From: Candidatus Bathyarchaeota archaeon
GTDB lineage: Archaea; Thermoproteota; Bathyarchaeia; Bathyarchaeales; Bathycorpusculaceae
Direction of reading: 5' to 3'
DNA: 64,000 nucleotides
Assembly (NCBI GenBank): GCA_963707955.1
Contig: OY970176.1
Coordinates: 288,001-352,000 of the forward strand
The position numbers were made by a program, and so were the translations under genes. The notes beneath the pieces were generated by a model. That model did not search any database, was not told where the DNA came from, and saw only the letters and a program-made list of their open reading frames with translations. Positions 8,601 to 19,284 of this stretch are shown here, piece after piece (position 1 is the first letter of the stretch; every line of letters starts with the position of its first letter).

Positions 8601-8897
8601 CAAATGGGAAAATATAGGAAAGTATAGACTTTTGGGGTTAACTTCTGGGACTTCTGGTTCAAATGAACCGAAAGTTGAGCTCCCTCCGGAGGAGCTGTGA
8701 ATATTCCGCGCGGCATAGCTTGGATCTCAGTCAGGTCCTTCTAAGACGTCGACGACGTCGATGAGGGGGCCGGGTGAGCCTGTCAACGTTGAAAAACAGA
8801 AAAAAAGAGGGGTTGCGGTGGAGATGAGTGTTGTTGACTCCACTTGGGGTTGCTTAAGCCTTTTGGTAGTGCAGTTTTGACTGTAAGTACTCCCTGT

Positions 8898-9600
8898 CTA
8901 CGCAAGGCTGACGAATCTCTTTGGTTTTCTGTAGAGGTGGATTCCGTTGAACTCGTCGTATTTTTCGAATCCTGCTTCTCCTAGCTTCTTGACTTCCTCT
9001 ACGGTTGTGGCTGCTGTCACGTCGTAGTCGCTGTCCTTGAACTCGATGAGCTGAGTGTATTTCATGGTGCTGTTGATGTTCTTGTGCCCTAGCAACTTCT
9101 TGACCAGGAGTATTTTGTTTGTGCGGAAATAGACCATTGTGGCTCCCCAATGCCTGAACGTGACTAGGCTGATCTTGAGGATCCTTGGATTGTTGAGTTT
9201 CGCAGCTATCCTCTCTCGCATGGTGAAGTAGCATCGAGCAAGCACCTGATACGTTGTCGGAAAGATCAACTCTGAAGTCTTCGGCAAAGCATTGAGCATC
9301 GAGCACAGATTATTGCTTACCTGTACCTGTCTCGGATAGTGTCCTTTGACAGGCCTGTTGATTGTTACGACGTTGCCGTTCAGGTCTATCCATCGTAGCC
9401 TTAAAGCTTCTGAGGGGTCAGCCATCGTTTCCTTTAAAGTTTGTAGGTAAGCCGTCATCCGTTTGCTGTTAGCCTCCAAGACCAGGGCATCAATTTCCTT
9501 CTCGTCAGGCATGAAGGGAAACGCTTCTTCTTGGCGGAATCTCGGGGAGTCCATGAGAGCTTCAACATCTTCGTCAAAGCGTCATAGGCGTAGGTCACCT
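8898..9600 (-). pseudogene. Truncated archaeal site-specific tyrosine integrase
   Basis: TFRHWGATM...LLGHKNINSTMKY; an upstream frame continues QVTYAYDALTKMLKLSWTP (frameshift at ~9547) and is cut at GCGCGCGC 9601-9608. Confidence 0.8.
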
Positions 9601-10169
9601 GCGCGCGCAATTGTTGGTGGTCACTCTAAAGGGATGATGATGAGAGCGCGCTAAGATTAGGTGATAGAATGAAAAAACCTTTAAGGTCGAAAGAAAGAAG
9701 ATTGAGATTATTGAATGGTAAGAATGTTAAAGCTGTTCTGTCTGATCGAACAAATGCTATCGGGACATTAAATCATGTTGGAAGAGGAATATGGAGTATT
9801 ACTGCAATAAAGAGTCTAAAACCTTACAAAAGGGAAAGTTAAGATGAGGTAGATTTGATGCACAGATTTCTTGTTCAAGGACTTTCAACTATTGCTTACT
9901 ACATTCGCTTCTCTTTTCCTAATGTTTCGTTTGCATTATTCCTTCTTGCGTATTCAATTATAAAGTTGACTTACATTAGCATAGACGGAACACGTTATCT
10001 AAGAACAGGTGTTTATTTCTTTCCTGATGTAATACCATTATCTGAAATGGAAGTGCTAGTTTTTTCTCGTGCTTCTTTCTCACGAAATTAGCGCGCGCTC
10101 GCGCTCCATCCAAAATACATGGTAGAAAAAGGGGAAGATGCAGGAAATATCGCCAGTTAGAATGAAAAT

Positions 10170-10268
10170 GAGCTCGCGCGCAACGGCACCCATCTCAACG
10201 GCAAGCTTGGCAAAATTCTTCAAATCATCTTCAAACACCGTCTCACTATTCACGTTGCTTCTATCCAT
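10170..10268 (-). pseudogene. N-terminal fragment of DUF2284-like metal-binding protein
   Basis: DLKNFAKLAVEMGAV; similarity stops at a (GC)n run. Confidence 0.35.
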
Positions 10269-10283
10269 TTCTAGGCCTCATTT

Positions 10284-11159
10284 CTAAGACTCGGTGGTCA
10301 ACCCAAGCATCTTTGCTGTTGCATCCCACAAAGACTTCTGGGCTTGTTGGTCATAGGTTATGGGAGTCGTGCTTGTTTCCTTCAGTTTTGAGAAGCATTT
10401 TCCAGTCACACCTTCAACCTCATGCGATGATGCTAAATATACTGCGGTTTCGGCACCCTTCTTCGGAGAGATTAGAAAAGGTCGCATCATCATAAACATA
10501 AAAGATTGTATACGACTGCCACTATTCTTTCCGAGGTTAGTTGCAACCAAGCCCGGTTGAACTGCGTTAACAGTGACTCCAGTGCCTTGTAGACGCCTAG
10601 CCAATTCATATGTAAACATTATGAGCATCAGCTTTGCATTGGCGTACGAATTCGCACGCCGATAAGAAAATCCCCTATAATTCTTCTCATTCTGAAGATC
10701 GTCAAGATCAATCCTTCCTAATTTGTACAGTCCAGAAATTATGTTTATAATCCGAGACGGAGCACTGCTCTTCAACGAAGGTAACAGTTTGTGTGTGAGA
10801 AGAAATGGTCCGAGATAATCTACCGCCAATGTCAGCTCAAAACCATCAACTGAGGTTTGACGCTTGCTGAAAACAGCGCCAGCATTATTAATCAGTACAT
10901 CAAGTTTTTCATATTTTTCCGCAAACTCCTTTGCAAATTTTCGGATTGAACCTGCCGAGGACATATCACAAATCATCAAGACTGTCGATTGGGTACCAGT
11001 TTTATCAATTACCTCTTTCAAGGCTTTCTCACCACGTTCTTGGCTTCGCACGGTCATAACAACGGTTGCGTCCATGTTCGCCAAAGCCATAGCTGTTTCT
11101 TTACCCATTCCAGAGTTGCTGCCGGTTACAATACAGACCCTGCCTTTCATTTCGCTCAT
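10284..11159 (-). CDS. Short-chain dehydrogenase/reductase (retinol dehydrogenase-like)
   Basis: TGSNSGMG, NNAG, YANAK motifs. Confidence 0.92.
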   Translation of the reverse strand: MSEMKGRVCIVTGSNSGMGKETAMALANMDATVVMTVRSQERGEKALKEVIDKTGTQSTVLMICDMSSAGSIRKFAKEFAEKYEKLDVLINNAGAVFSKRQTSVDGFELTLAVDYLGPFLLTHKLLPSLKSSAPSRIINIISGLYKLGRIDLDDLQNEKNYRGFSYRRANSYANAKLMLIMFTYELARRLQGTGVTVNAVQPGLVATNLGKNSGSRIQSFMFMMMRPFLISPKKGAETAVYLASSHEVEGVTGKCFSKLKETSTTPITYDQQAQKSLWDATAKMLGLTTES

Positions 11160-11298
11160 TTTCGTTCCTCGCGACTAGCGCACACAGAGGTAGAAGCGCG
11201 CGCTATTAACCTTCAGCAGAGAAAAAAGGGAATTGTGCGGGAGACGTCTCAAATATTATAACATAAGGCTTTTGGTGTGGATGTTCGATCTTTTGGTG

Positions 11299-11400
11299 TC
11301 ATATTTTGATGCTTCCGAACCTTTTGGGTCTCCTGTAGTAGCTGATGTGCGTCGCTCCAACGATGCGTTTATCGTATTTCTGGTATCCCTGCATGCCCAA
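11299..11400 (-). pseudogene. C-terminal relic of another integrase
   Basis: LGMQGYQKYDKRIVGATHISYYRRPKRFGSIKI* aligns by eye with LGEAGFEKYDEFNGIHLYRKPKRFVSLA* of 8898-9600. Confidence 0.65.
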
Positions 11401-11475
11401 ACTAAATTCTATGGGTGCGTTATTCTGCCGAAAGTGATAAATTCTGAAATAGAAAAACACGGTGAGTGATAAAAC

Positions 11476-12214
11476 ATGAACTGCAGAATCGTGTTGCTCA
11501 GTTTGATCTCAGCATTCCTGTTGCTTGCATTTGTCGTAGAAGCGTCAGCTCAAACGAGGACGGTAGGCGTCAGCGTGGGCAACACGTTTACGTACAGTGC
11601 CATCGCTGGTCTGGAGTTCAAACGACCCAAATGCTACGCCTCCGTCCGGCCTAGTGGAACTCAACAAGACACAATGGTTAGAGGTTGCCGTTACAGCAAT
11701 TTCTGGCACAAACATAACTGGACAACTGACAAGCCATTACAAGAACGGGACCGAAATAACCTCGGGCGGTTGGGTAGACGTAGACACTGGAGGCAGCGTG
11801 AACCTGACAACTTGGTTCATTTCAGCCAACCTAGTCCGAGGCGATTTGATGTACACTCTTTCGCCATACAACACTACGACGATAAATGAGACCGTAACCA
11901 GAACGTATGCCAATGGTGTGAGAGACACAAATCATGTAAACCTGACCAGTGTTTCAACATCTTCCTTGGGAAATCTCAGCCTTGCTACTAATCTGTACTG
12001 GGACAAGTCAACAGGGGTGGTTGTTGAATTTTCGACAGGAGAGTCCAACCAGACGGGAACACACACGACAACGTGGTCAGAAGGCTTGCAAATCTCAGAC
12101 TCAAACGTCTGGACGGTGCCTGAGTTTCCCATATGGACCACACCGCTGATCATGCTCAGCGCGGTCGCTGTGATCATTGCCAGAAAAAGGCAGCCCAGAA
12201 GACCGCTCCGCTAA
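11476..12214 (+). CDS. Secreted surface glycoprotein with PEF-CTERM sorting signal (frameshift near 11605)
   Basis: Signal peptide in frame 11476; N-x-S/T-rich body, VPEF + TM helix + basic tail in frame 11597. Confidence 0.75.
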
Positions 12215-12504
12215 CCGCCCCTTCTTTTTCAAGCGCGCGAAGTTTGACCAATTCACCCTAGAATGCCAACTTTGGAAAAGATATGTGGTCGTTTCTTGAC
12301 ACTATTCTATCGCGCGCGCCATCTACTAGAAAATAGTAGTTAAAACTTGTTTTTGTCTGTCTCTGCCTGTTTGTCTGGGTAGCGTGATTTAAATGGCCTT
12401 GAAAACGTGCAGGTTTGATGAAAGTTATTCGTGAACTATGCCTTGAAAAAGAAGAGGATTCTACGTGCCCAACGATAAAAGTGAACTGCCAGGACGAGTG
12501 TTGC

Positions 12505-12801
12505 TTATTTTTGCTGTTCTTTGTTGGTCATTTCGTTTATCTGCTGTTCCATCGTGTGACCGCGGCAGTAGATCAATGCCTTCTTGACCCCGGACACCTT
12601 GAGCGCAGCATTCTTTATGTCACTTGCAAGCTTGAAGGCTATTGGGCAGAACGGGCTTGACGGAACGAACTCGACCTTTACGACGCCAGCTTCCTCTTCT
12701 TTGACGTTGGTTATCATCTGCATCTCTGCAAAGGACATGCCGGTCTCTGGGTCGACAACCTGGCCTACGGCTTCACGGACCTTTTCCTCCAACTCCGTCA
12801 A
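12505..12801 (-). CDS. DUF59/MIP18-family Fe-S cluster assembly protein
   Basis: VVDPETG, PSSPFCP motifs. Confidence 0.88.
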   Translation of the reverse strand: MTELEEKVREAVGQVVDPETGMSFAEMQMITNVKEEEAGVVKVEFVPSSPFCPIAFKLASDIKNAALKVSGVKKALIYCRGHTMEQQINEMTNKEQQK

Positions 12802-12864
12802 ACTCTTGCACTTCCGTTTGCGTTGGTACCGATCAGGACAGAGCCATCCTATATACGTGTTGCA

Positions 12865-14409
12865 TTAACTCGGTATTTTTTTCCTTTGTTTTGTCAAGTG
12901 CATGCGCCAGCTCAAAGTCATGGTCTTAGGATGGGACGCCTTAACTTCATCTAGACGCGAGACAGCCGTGTTGTGCGGCGCCTTCAGGACGACATCAGGG
13001 TGTGCGTATGCCTCTTCGCAGATTTTTTGCATCGTGTCAGCGAACCGGTCTATTTCCTCCTTCTCGAAGGTCTCCGTTGGTTCAATCATTAACGCCTCAT
13101 CAACAATGAGGGGAAAATAGACCGTCGGCGCGTGCAGACCGTAGTCAAGCAAGCGCTTTGCGATGTTTAAAGCTGAAACGCCAGTGTCGTCCTTCAAAGG
13201 CTTGGCGCTGAAGACGCATTCATGCTTTCTCAGCTTTTCGGTGTCGTAAGGGAGAGCCAAGCCTTTGATCCGACTGAGCTTCTTCATCAGGTAATTAGCG
13301 TTCAATGCCGAAACTTCAGCTGCTTCCTTCAGCCCTTCAAAACCCATGCTAAGCACGTAGACATAAGCCCTAAGCAGAACTGCGACGTTTCCGTAGAAGC
13401 CCCTGATCTTTCCAATGCTTCGTGGCCTTTCATAGTCCAAGTGGTACCGCTTTCCGTCGTAAACTATTCGTGGAACTGGCAAGAAATCAGCCAAGTCTTT
13501 CGACACACCGACTGGGCCTGCTCCGGGTCCGCCTCCCCCGTGAGGTGTGCTGAAAGTCTTATGGATGTTGATGTGAACAATATCGAAACCCATGTCACCT
13601 GGTCTGGCCTTGCCGAGCAGCGGGTTGAGGTTTGCCCCGTCATAGTAAAGAAGGCCCCCTGCGTCATGGACAACTTCGGCTATTTCTTCAATGTCCTTTT
13701 CGAATATTCCGAGAGTGTTGGGGTTGGTAAGCATCAAGCCTGCCGTTCTATTCGAGGCGACTGACTTGAGAGCCTCCAAATCCATGCACCCGTCAGCACC
13801 TGACGGGAGAACCACTACGTTGAAGCCAGCCATTGCCGCGCTTGCAGGGTTCGTCCCATGTGCAGAGTCAGGAACGATCAATTCTGTCCTCTTTTCGCAC
13901 TCACCGTTCGATTTTAAGCATGCACGCATCAACAACGTACCCAGAAGCTCACCATGAGCTCCTGCAGCGGGCTGCAAACAGACCTCGTATGTTCCAGTTA
14001 TCTCACTGAGCCAACGTTCAAGCTTGAACAGAATCTCCAGTATGCCCTGCACTGTGCTTTCATCCTGATACGGGTGGATCATTCCCAGCGCGGGCGAGCA
14101 TGCCAGCAGCTCGTTGATTTTCGGATTGTACTTCATGGTGCAGCTTCCGAGCGGATAAAACCCTGAGTCAACACCATAATTCATCTCCGACAAATGCAAA
14201 AAGTGCCTGTTAACCTCGACCTCAGAGAGCTCTGGAAGACCAAGCTCGCTCTTCCTCTGCATGTTTTTTGGTAGAAGCGCGTTGAGATCACCTACTGCTT
14301 CTCTAATTTCGTCCTCGACGGCTGGAAGGACATGTCCTCTCCGTCCCTTCTTTCCGAGGTTGAAAATAACCGGTTCATTCCAGTTTGCCTGTTTGTACAT
14401 GGTTTTCAT
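12865..14409 (-). CDS. gcvPB: Glycine dehydrogenase (decarboxylating) subunit 2
   Basis: PLGSCTMKYNP, SAHGTNPASA, NIHKTFSTPHGGGGPG. Confidence 0.97.
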   Translation of the reverse strand: MKTMYKQANWNEPVIFNLGKKGRRGHVLPAVEDEIREAVGDLNALLPKNMQRKSELGLPELSEVEVNRHFLHLSEMNYGVDSGFYPLGSCTMKYNPKINELLACSPALGMIHPYQDESTVQGILEILFKLERWLSEITGTYEVCLQPAAGAHGELLGTLLMRACLKSNGECEKRTELIVPDSAHGTNPASAAMAGFNVVVLPSGADGCMDLEALKSVASNRTAGLMLTNPNTLGIFEKDIEEIAEVVHDAGGLLYYDGANLNPLLGKARPGDMGFDIVHINIHKTFSTPHGGGGPGAGPVGVSKDLADFLPVPRIVYDGKRYHLDYERPRSIGKIRGFYGNVAVLLRAYVYVLSMGFEGLKEAAEVSALNANYLMKKLSRIKGLALPYDTEKLRKHECVFSAKPLKDDTGVSALNIAKRLLDYGLHAPTVYFPLIVDEALMIEPTETFEKEEIDRFADTMQKICEEAYAHPDVVLKAPHNTAVSRLDEVKASHPKTMTLSWRMHLTKQRKKIPS

Positions 14410-15815
14410 CTCTCGCCCACTATTTCTTCAAGAGCATTCGCGAGGTGTTGAATCTGCTCTTTTGAGTGGATTTCGGTCACGCAGAACAGCGCTGCTTGAC
14501 CCAGCTCGGGGAACTCTTTTGACAGGTCTTTTCCTCCCTGAATCTGATGCTTCAAAAGTCTTCCGTTGACCTCATTGACCGTGAGGTTTGCTTGGTCGAA
14601 GTTCACTGTGAACTCTTTGAAGTGTGCTGTTTTGAAAATGGGGACTCTGACGTTGCCTATTCTTGAAAGCAGACGCATGGCGTAGTTGGCCTTGTACATT
14701 ATTGTTTCTCCGAGCTCGCGCAGGCCTTCTGGTCCGAGCAAAGCCATGTAAACGGCGGAGGCCACTGCGCACAGAACTTCGTTCGTGCAGATGTTGGACG
14801 TTGCTTTCTCCCGTCTTATGTGCTGCTCGCGAGTTTGCATCGTCATGCAAAAGCCCTGTTTGCTGTCGTCTTGAGTTGTGGTCAGCCCGATTATTCTGCC
14901 CGGCATCTGTCTTATCAGAGTCATGTCGTCGCGGCAAGCCATTATCCCTAACAGAGGACCTCCGAAGTTCATCGCGTTCCCTAGGGGTTGAGCCTCTCCG
15001 ACGACGATATCTGCCCCATACTTGCCCGGAGGCTTTAACAGTCCAAGTGACGTTGGGTCGACTCCTGTTATGAAAAGGGCGTTGTGCAGGTGTGCTTCCT
15101 GGCTTATCTCCTCGGCTTGTGTTTCGATGAGTCCTAAATAGTGCGGGTTTTCGATGTAGACGGCTGCCGTTTCGTCTGAGATTTTGCTTTTTAAATCTTC
15201 GAGGCTCAGCTGTCCCGTCTCCTTGTCATAGGCAACTTCTCTGATTTTGATTCCTACTGGGTCAGAGTAGACTTTCAGCGTTGAGACTCTCTCTGGATGA
15301 ATAAGCTTCGGAACCAATACCTCCTTCCGCCTCTTGATCCTTGCAGCCATGCGCGCCGCTTCGCCTAGTGCGGAAACCCAGTCGTACATCGAGCAGTTAG
15401 CAACTGTCATACCTGTCAGTTCACAGATCATACTCTGATACTCAAAAAGTGCTTGAAGCATACCCTGGGAGATTTCAGGCTGGTACGGAGTGTAGGACGT
15501 TAGAAACTCGCTGCGCTGAACAATCTCTTGAACGACGGCTGGCACATAATGGGGCCAGCAGCCTGCACCTAAGAAAAGTGACATACGATTGTTTGCATCA
15601 TTTTTTGACAGCAAGGCTTCAACATGCTTTCTGACTTCGAACTCAGACAAGCCCTTCTCTGGAAGGTTTAGCCTTTTCTTCAGAAGGTACTTCTCTGGAA
15701 CGTCTCTGTACAATTCAGTGATGTTACGTATGCCTATTTCTCGCATCATTTCCTGTTTGGTTTCGGGAACGGAATTGGGAATGTAAGGATGACTGCTTCT
15801 GCTCACGAACTTCAC
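14406..15815 (-). CDS. gcvPA: Glycine dehydrogenase (decarboxylating) subunit 1
   Basis: SYTPYQPEISQG, QTREQHIRREKATSNICTN. Confidence 0.97.
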   Translation of the reverse strand: MKFVSRSSHPYIPNSVPETKQEMMREIGIRNITELYRDVPEKYLLKKRLNLPEKGLSEFEVRKHVEALLSKNDANNRMSLFLGAGCWPHYVPAVVQEIVQRSEFLTSYTPYQPEISQGMLQALFEYQSMICELTGMTVANCSMYDWVSALGEAARMAARIKRRKEVLVPKLIHPERVSTLKVYSDPVGIKIREVAYDKETGQLSLEDLKSKISDETAAVYIENPHYLGLIETQAEEISQEAHLHNALFITGVDPTSLGLLKPPGKYGADIVVGEAQPLGNAMNFGGPLLGIMACRDDMTLIRQMPGRIIGLTTTQDDSKQGFCMTMQTREQHIRREKATSNICTNEVLCAVASAVYMALLGPEGLRELGETIMYKANYAMRLLSRIGNVRVPIFKTAHFKEFTVNFDQANLTVNEVNGRLLKHQIQGGKDLSKEFPELGQAALFCVTEIHSKEQIQHLANALEEIVGER

Positions 15816-16156
15816 CGTTGCGAATTAAAAGGTTAATGTACTAGCTTCTTTAAGCTTTTTCAAGTGCTCTCAAGATGAACTCTTTGAAGAGTGAAGACCG
15901 AGAGAAGTGGGAACCGCTCTACCCAGTCGAGTTTTACGAAGCGAGATGTGGGCTGTCGAAGTGTCATTTCATGCTGATGATCAAGAAGTGCGTGCCGATT
16001 CCAACGCTAACTAGATCGGTGCAGATTTTTAGGTGAGTCTGCCACTAGATTTTCCAATCGTTCGGATACTGCTTCGGAGGTCTGCTCGTCGATTTCGGGT
16101 CCCCGCTTGCAAGTCCCTCTTCCTTCTTTCTTGTCGAGATTCTCTAACCTCTAGAC

Positions 16157-16669
16157 CTAATACTGAATCCCCTTTGTCGTGACCAGATCTTTTGGAGATT
16201 TGATGTCTTTGACCTCGTTGACGAAGTCTGCCCTGTCTAGCAATTCTTTTGGAGCATACCTTCCGGTTAAGACAACGTCAGTATTCTCCGGAATCTTCTC
16301 TAGAAGCTTCAGAACCTCTCTAATATCTAGGAGCTGACAGTACAGGGCGAGGTTGATTTCGTCCAGAACGAGCAGCGCAGGTTTTTTCTCTTTGACCACT
16401 TTTTCCGCGAATTTCAAGGCCTTCTGCGCTAATTCTACGTCCTTGTCGCCCAAGTTGCCAAGACCAATCCATCCTCTACGCCCAAATTGGTAGATTTCGT
16501 AGTAAGGTGCAAGCATTTTCTGAACCTTGTATTCGCCGATGTTTTTCCACCATTTCAGAAACTGAATTATAACGACCCTGTGCTTGTGTCCGATCGAGCG
16601 CAACGCTAAGCCCAAGGCATTTGTGGTTTTCCCCGCCCCTGTCCCAGTGTACAGATACACGTGACCCAT
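16157..16669 (-). CDS. cobO: Cob(I)yrinic acid a,c-diamide adenosyltransferase (CobA/BtuR type)
   Basis: YTGTGAGKTTNALG, IQFLK, LVLDEI, VVLTGR. Confidence 0.92.
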   Translation of the reverse strand: MGHVYLYTGTGAGKTTNALGLALRSIGHKHRVVIIQFLKWWKNIGEYKVQKMLAPYYEIYQFGRRGWIGLGNLGDKDVELAQKALKFAEKVVKEKKPALLVLDEINLALYCQLLDIREVLKLLEKIPENTDVVLTGRYAPKELLDRADFVNEVKDIKSPKDLVTTKGIQY

Positions 16670-16825
16670 CTCTGTCCCCTCTCGTGTGATTTGTTGATGC
16701 CTGTTTTTATGATTTTCCAAATCCATGCAGCAATTGCAGCTCGCAAACACGAGACAGAAGTCTGACTTTTTAGAATAAAGTCTTTAATAGTGTATCGCGT
16801 CTTGTTTCTGTTGGAGAGTTCACCC

Positions 16826-17236
16826 ATGAAATATGACTACGACGAACTGCTTAAGCGAGCACGGGGCCAGTTTCCAGAGGTGGCCTCAAAGCGTGAACGC
16901 TTGGAACTCCCTAGGCTGAGCTACGCAAGGATAGGCATGCGCACGGTGATTTACAATTTCAAGGAAATCGCTGACGCCTTGAACCGTGACCCGCAACACC
17001 TGCTCAAGTTCTTGACAGGCGAAATGGCCACGGCTGCAACGATGCAGGCGTCAAGGGTGATTTTCCAGGGCAAGTTTTCAGAGGACACTTTTCAGAGACT
17101 CATGCAGAGATACTTAGGAACCTTCGTTGTCTGCCCGGTGTGTAAGCGTCCGGACACGAAAATCGTTAAAGAAAAACGCTTGTCTTTCCTAGTGTGCGAG
17201 GCGTGCGGGGCACGATCCTCCATCAAGCAGCTGTAA
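16826..17236 (+). CDS. eif2b: Translation initiation factor 2 beta subunit
   Basis: NRDPQHLLKFL, CPVCKRPDT...CEACGA. Confidence 0.95.
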   Translation: MKYDYDELLKRARGQFPEVASKRERLELPRLSYARIGMRTVIYNFKEIADALNRDPQHLLKFLTGEMATAATMQASRVIFQGKFSEDTFQRLMQRYLGTFVVCPVCKRPDTKIVKEKRLSFLVCEACGARSSIKQL

Positions 17237-17249
17237 GAGTGTTCAAACG

Positions 17250-17546
17250 TTGGAAGTCTACATGAACCTGAAGAAAATCGGCAGAAACGTGCTTCTCTGC
17301 ATGTGTGACATTGAGGTTCTTGGAAGAACTTTGCGCGAAGGAAAGATAGTTTTCTGCGTTAAGGAAGACTTCTACAAGGGCGCCCGAGTACCTGTTGAAG
17401 AGGCAGTCTGTTTGATTGAAACGTCTACAATAGTTAACATGGTGGGCAAGAACATCGTGAAGAAAGCAATAGAAAGAGGCTTCGTTCACCCAGAGGCAGT
17501 ATTGAACATAGAAGGCGTGCCACACGCTCAAATCGTAAAACTCTAA
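17250..17546 (+). CDS. DUF424 family protein
   Basis: CDIEVLG, FYKG, NMVG, GVPHAQ; usual neighbour of aIF2-beta. Confidence 0.9.
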   Translation: MEVYMNLKKIGRNVLLCMCDIEVLGRTLREGKIVFCVKEDFYKGARVPVEEAVCLIETSTIVNMVGKNIVKKAIERGFVHPEAVLNIEGVPHAQIVKL

Positions 17547-17695
17547 GGACAAAAAGAGACTCTTGCTTGCTCCTTCTCTCGACCATTTTGGAGGTGCCGA
17601 AAGTCGGAGACAAACTTTCAAAGGAAGGGGCTAATAGCGCGCGCTTTTCTTCCAGCCAAACGTCTGCTATTCTTTTCCTGGTGTTTTTATGACCG

Positions 17696-18262
17696 TCACT
17701 TTGTCGCTAAGGCGCGCGTGCTCACCGAGTCTCCAAGAGTCTCGTATAGTCTTCTTATGTCTGCATATTTGAATGGCGGTAACTCGTCATGATCAGTCAG
17801 ATATTCCCGGAGCAAATCGTGTTCAAGGTTCGTGGGTTCGCTGCATGGACACCAAGCAACTTCCATGGCGTATTTCTTCAAGAAGCTATTAAGTCGCTGA
17901 TTTGTCCATTGTGTAGGACCAGGATGAAAATACTGCATAAGCCTCTGTCTTAACCCACCTTTCGAAGTCGTGCTTCCTATGTAAAGTATGTCTGACTTAC
18001 CCTGCAAGCGACCAATGAGCTGGCCCTTAGCTTGGCGTATCACGTAAACACCTGTGGTCGAAGGCGCCTCTTGCACGCTTCGATTAGTAAAGAAATGCCA
18101 GCGCTCAAACTCCTTCCTGATCCGGCCCAACCCAATCGAATCCATGATTTCCTCCATGACTGATTTCATTTTTAAATACCTTAAGTCTTTGCCTGAAAAA
18201 GCGCGGCCTATGACTACCCTATTCCAATATGCATTATTCAGAGTAGTATAGCGCACGTTCAA
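17696..18262 (-). CDS. GIY-YIG nuclease-family protein (3' end probably chimeric)
   Basis: GVYVI...LYIGST...LRQRL...LE; true start probably near 18169; (GC)n run at ~17712. Confidence 0.75.
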   Translation of the reverse strand: MNVRYTTLNNAYWNRVVIGRAFSGKDLRYLKMKSVMEEIMDSIGLGRIRKEFERWHFFTNRSVQEAPSTTGVYVIRQAKGQLIGRLQGKSDILYIGSTTSKGGLRQRLMQYFHPGPTQWTNQRLNSFLKKYAMEVAWCPCSEPTNLEHDLLREYLTDHDELPPFKYADIRRLYETLGDSVSTRALATK

Positions 18263-18486
18263 GCTCTCTTTTCAATGTTCGTAGAGAATCCCTTTCGTTT
18301 ACTCAAGGTTAACCTCGACTACAAAAGCATCAACAAAACACTCCAAAAATGGGGATGGACGGGAGACATCCCCATCCGAACGCAAGTACCTCACCCCGCC
18401 CACTATTTAGTGACCGCATAGGCTTTTCTCATCAATATTGATATAAACCAAGAGCGGTAATATCAAACAGAAAAAAGGGGAATTGG

Positions 18487-19284
18487 ATGAGCAGGCAGAG
18501 AGCTGAAGACAAGCTGACGAGGAAAGAGCAGGACTACGAGCGCGGTCAGAAGATGCTGACCAAAGACTTTTCATCTGATCGAGCGGTTATGGAAGAGGTT
18601 TTCGACAGGTCCACGCTCATGGTAATCTACGAATTCATGAACAAGGGGATCATAGATGAGATTCACGGCGTTGTCAAGGCCGGAAAGGAGTCGAGGGTCT
18701 ACTGGGGAAAGGACAAAGAAGGAAAGGAGCTGGCGATAAAGATCTACCTGGTCGTATCCTCAGAGTTCCGGAAAGGCTTATTGAAGTACATTGAGGGAGA
18801 TCCTCGTTTTCAAGGAGTGAGACATGACACCCGCTCTTTGATTTTTGCTTGGGCCCAGAAAGAGTTCAAAAACCTGGAGCTGGCCACACGAGCCAAGGTA
18901 AGGGTGCCGAAACCGATCGCCGTGAAGAACAATGTGCTCATCATGGAGTTCATAGGCGAAAACGGCGAAGGCGCGCCATCATTCAAAGAGAAGACACCTA
19001 AAAACCCCGCGAAAGTCTACGAGACGCTCATGACTTATCTGGAGAGGCTGTACCGCAAGGCTGAACTAGTCCATGGAGACCTGAGCGAGTACAACATAAT
19101 GACTTGGAGAGGACGAACAGTGTTGTTCGACGTGTCCCAGGCTGTTCCCCTTGTGCACCCCATGGCAAGCTATCTTCTTCGCAGAGACCTCACTAATATC
19201 AACAAGTATTTCAGCCGCTTAGGCGTTAAGGTTCCGTCCGTCGAAGAATCCTACAAGAGGGTGACTGGTCGTGGCGAGGGCTAA
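18487..19284 (+). CDS. rio1: RIO1 serine/threonine kinase
   Basis: GKESRVY, AIKIY, WAQKEFKNL, LVHGDLSEYN, FDVSQ. Confidence 0.95.
   Translation: MSRQRAEDKLTRKEQDYERGQKMLTKDFSSDRAVMEEVFDRSTLMVIYEFMNKGIIDEIHGVVKAGKESRVYWGKDKEGKELAIKIYLVVSSEFRKGLLKYIEGDPRFQGVRHDTRSLIFAWAQKEFKNLELATRAKVRVPKPIAVKNNVLIMEFIGENGEGAPSFKEKTPKNPAKVYETLMTYLERLYRKAELVHGDLSEYNIMTWRGRTVLFDVSQAVPLVHPMASYLLRRDLTNINKYFSRLGVKVPSVEESYKRVTGRGEG

Larger units (their letters stand above)
1..8800. mobile_element. Integrated virus-like/satellite element 1 (left end outside window, right end approximate)
   Basis: Dense small ORFs, RHH/AbrB regulators, Zn fingers, tyrosine recombinase, prohead-protease-like gene, partial helicase; element-restricted TC(A/G)GAGG motif clusters. 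No att pair visible. Confidence 0.75.
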
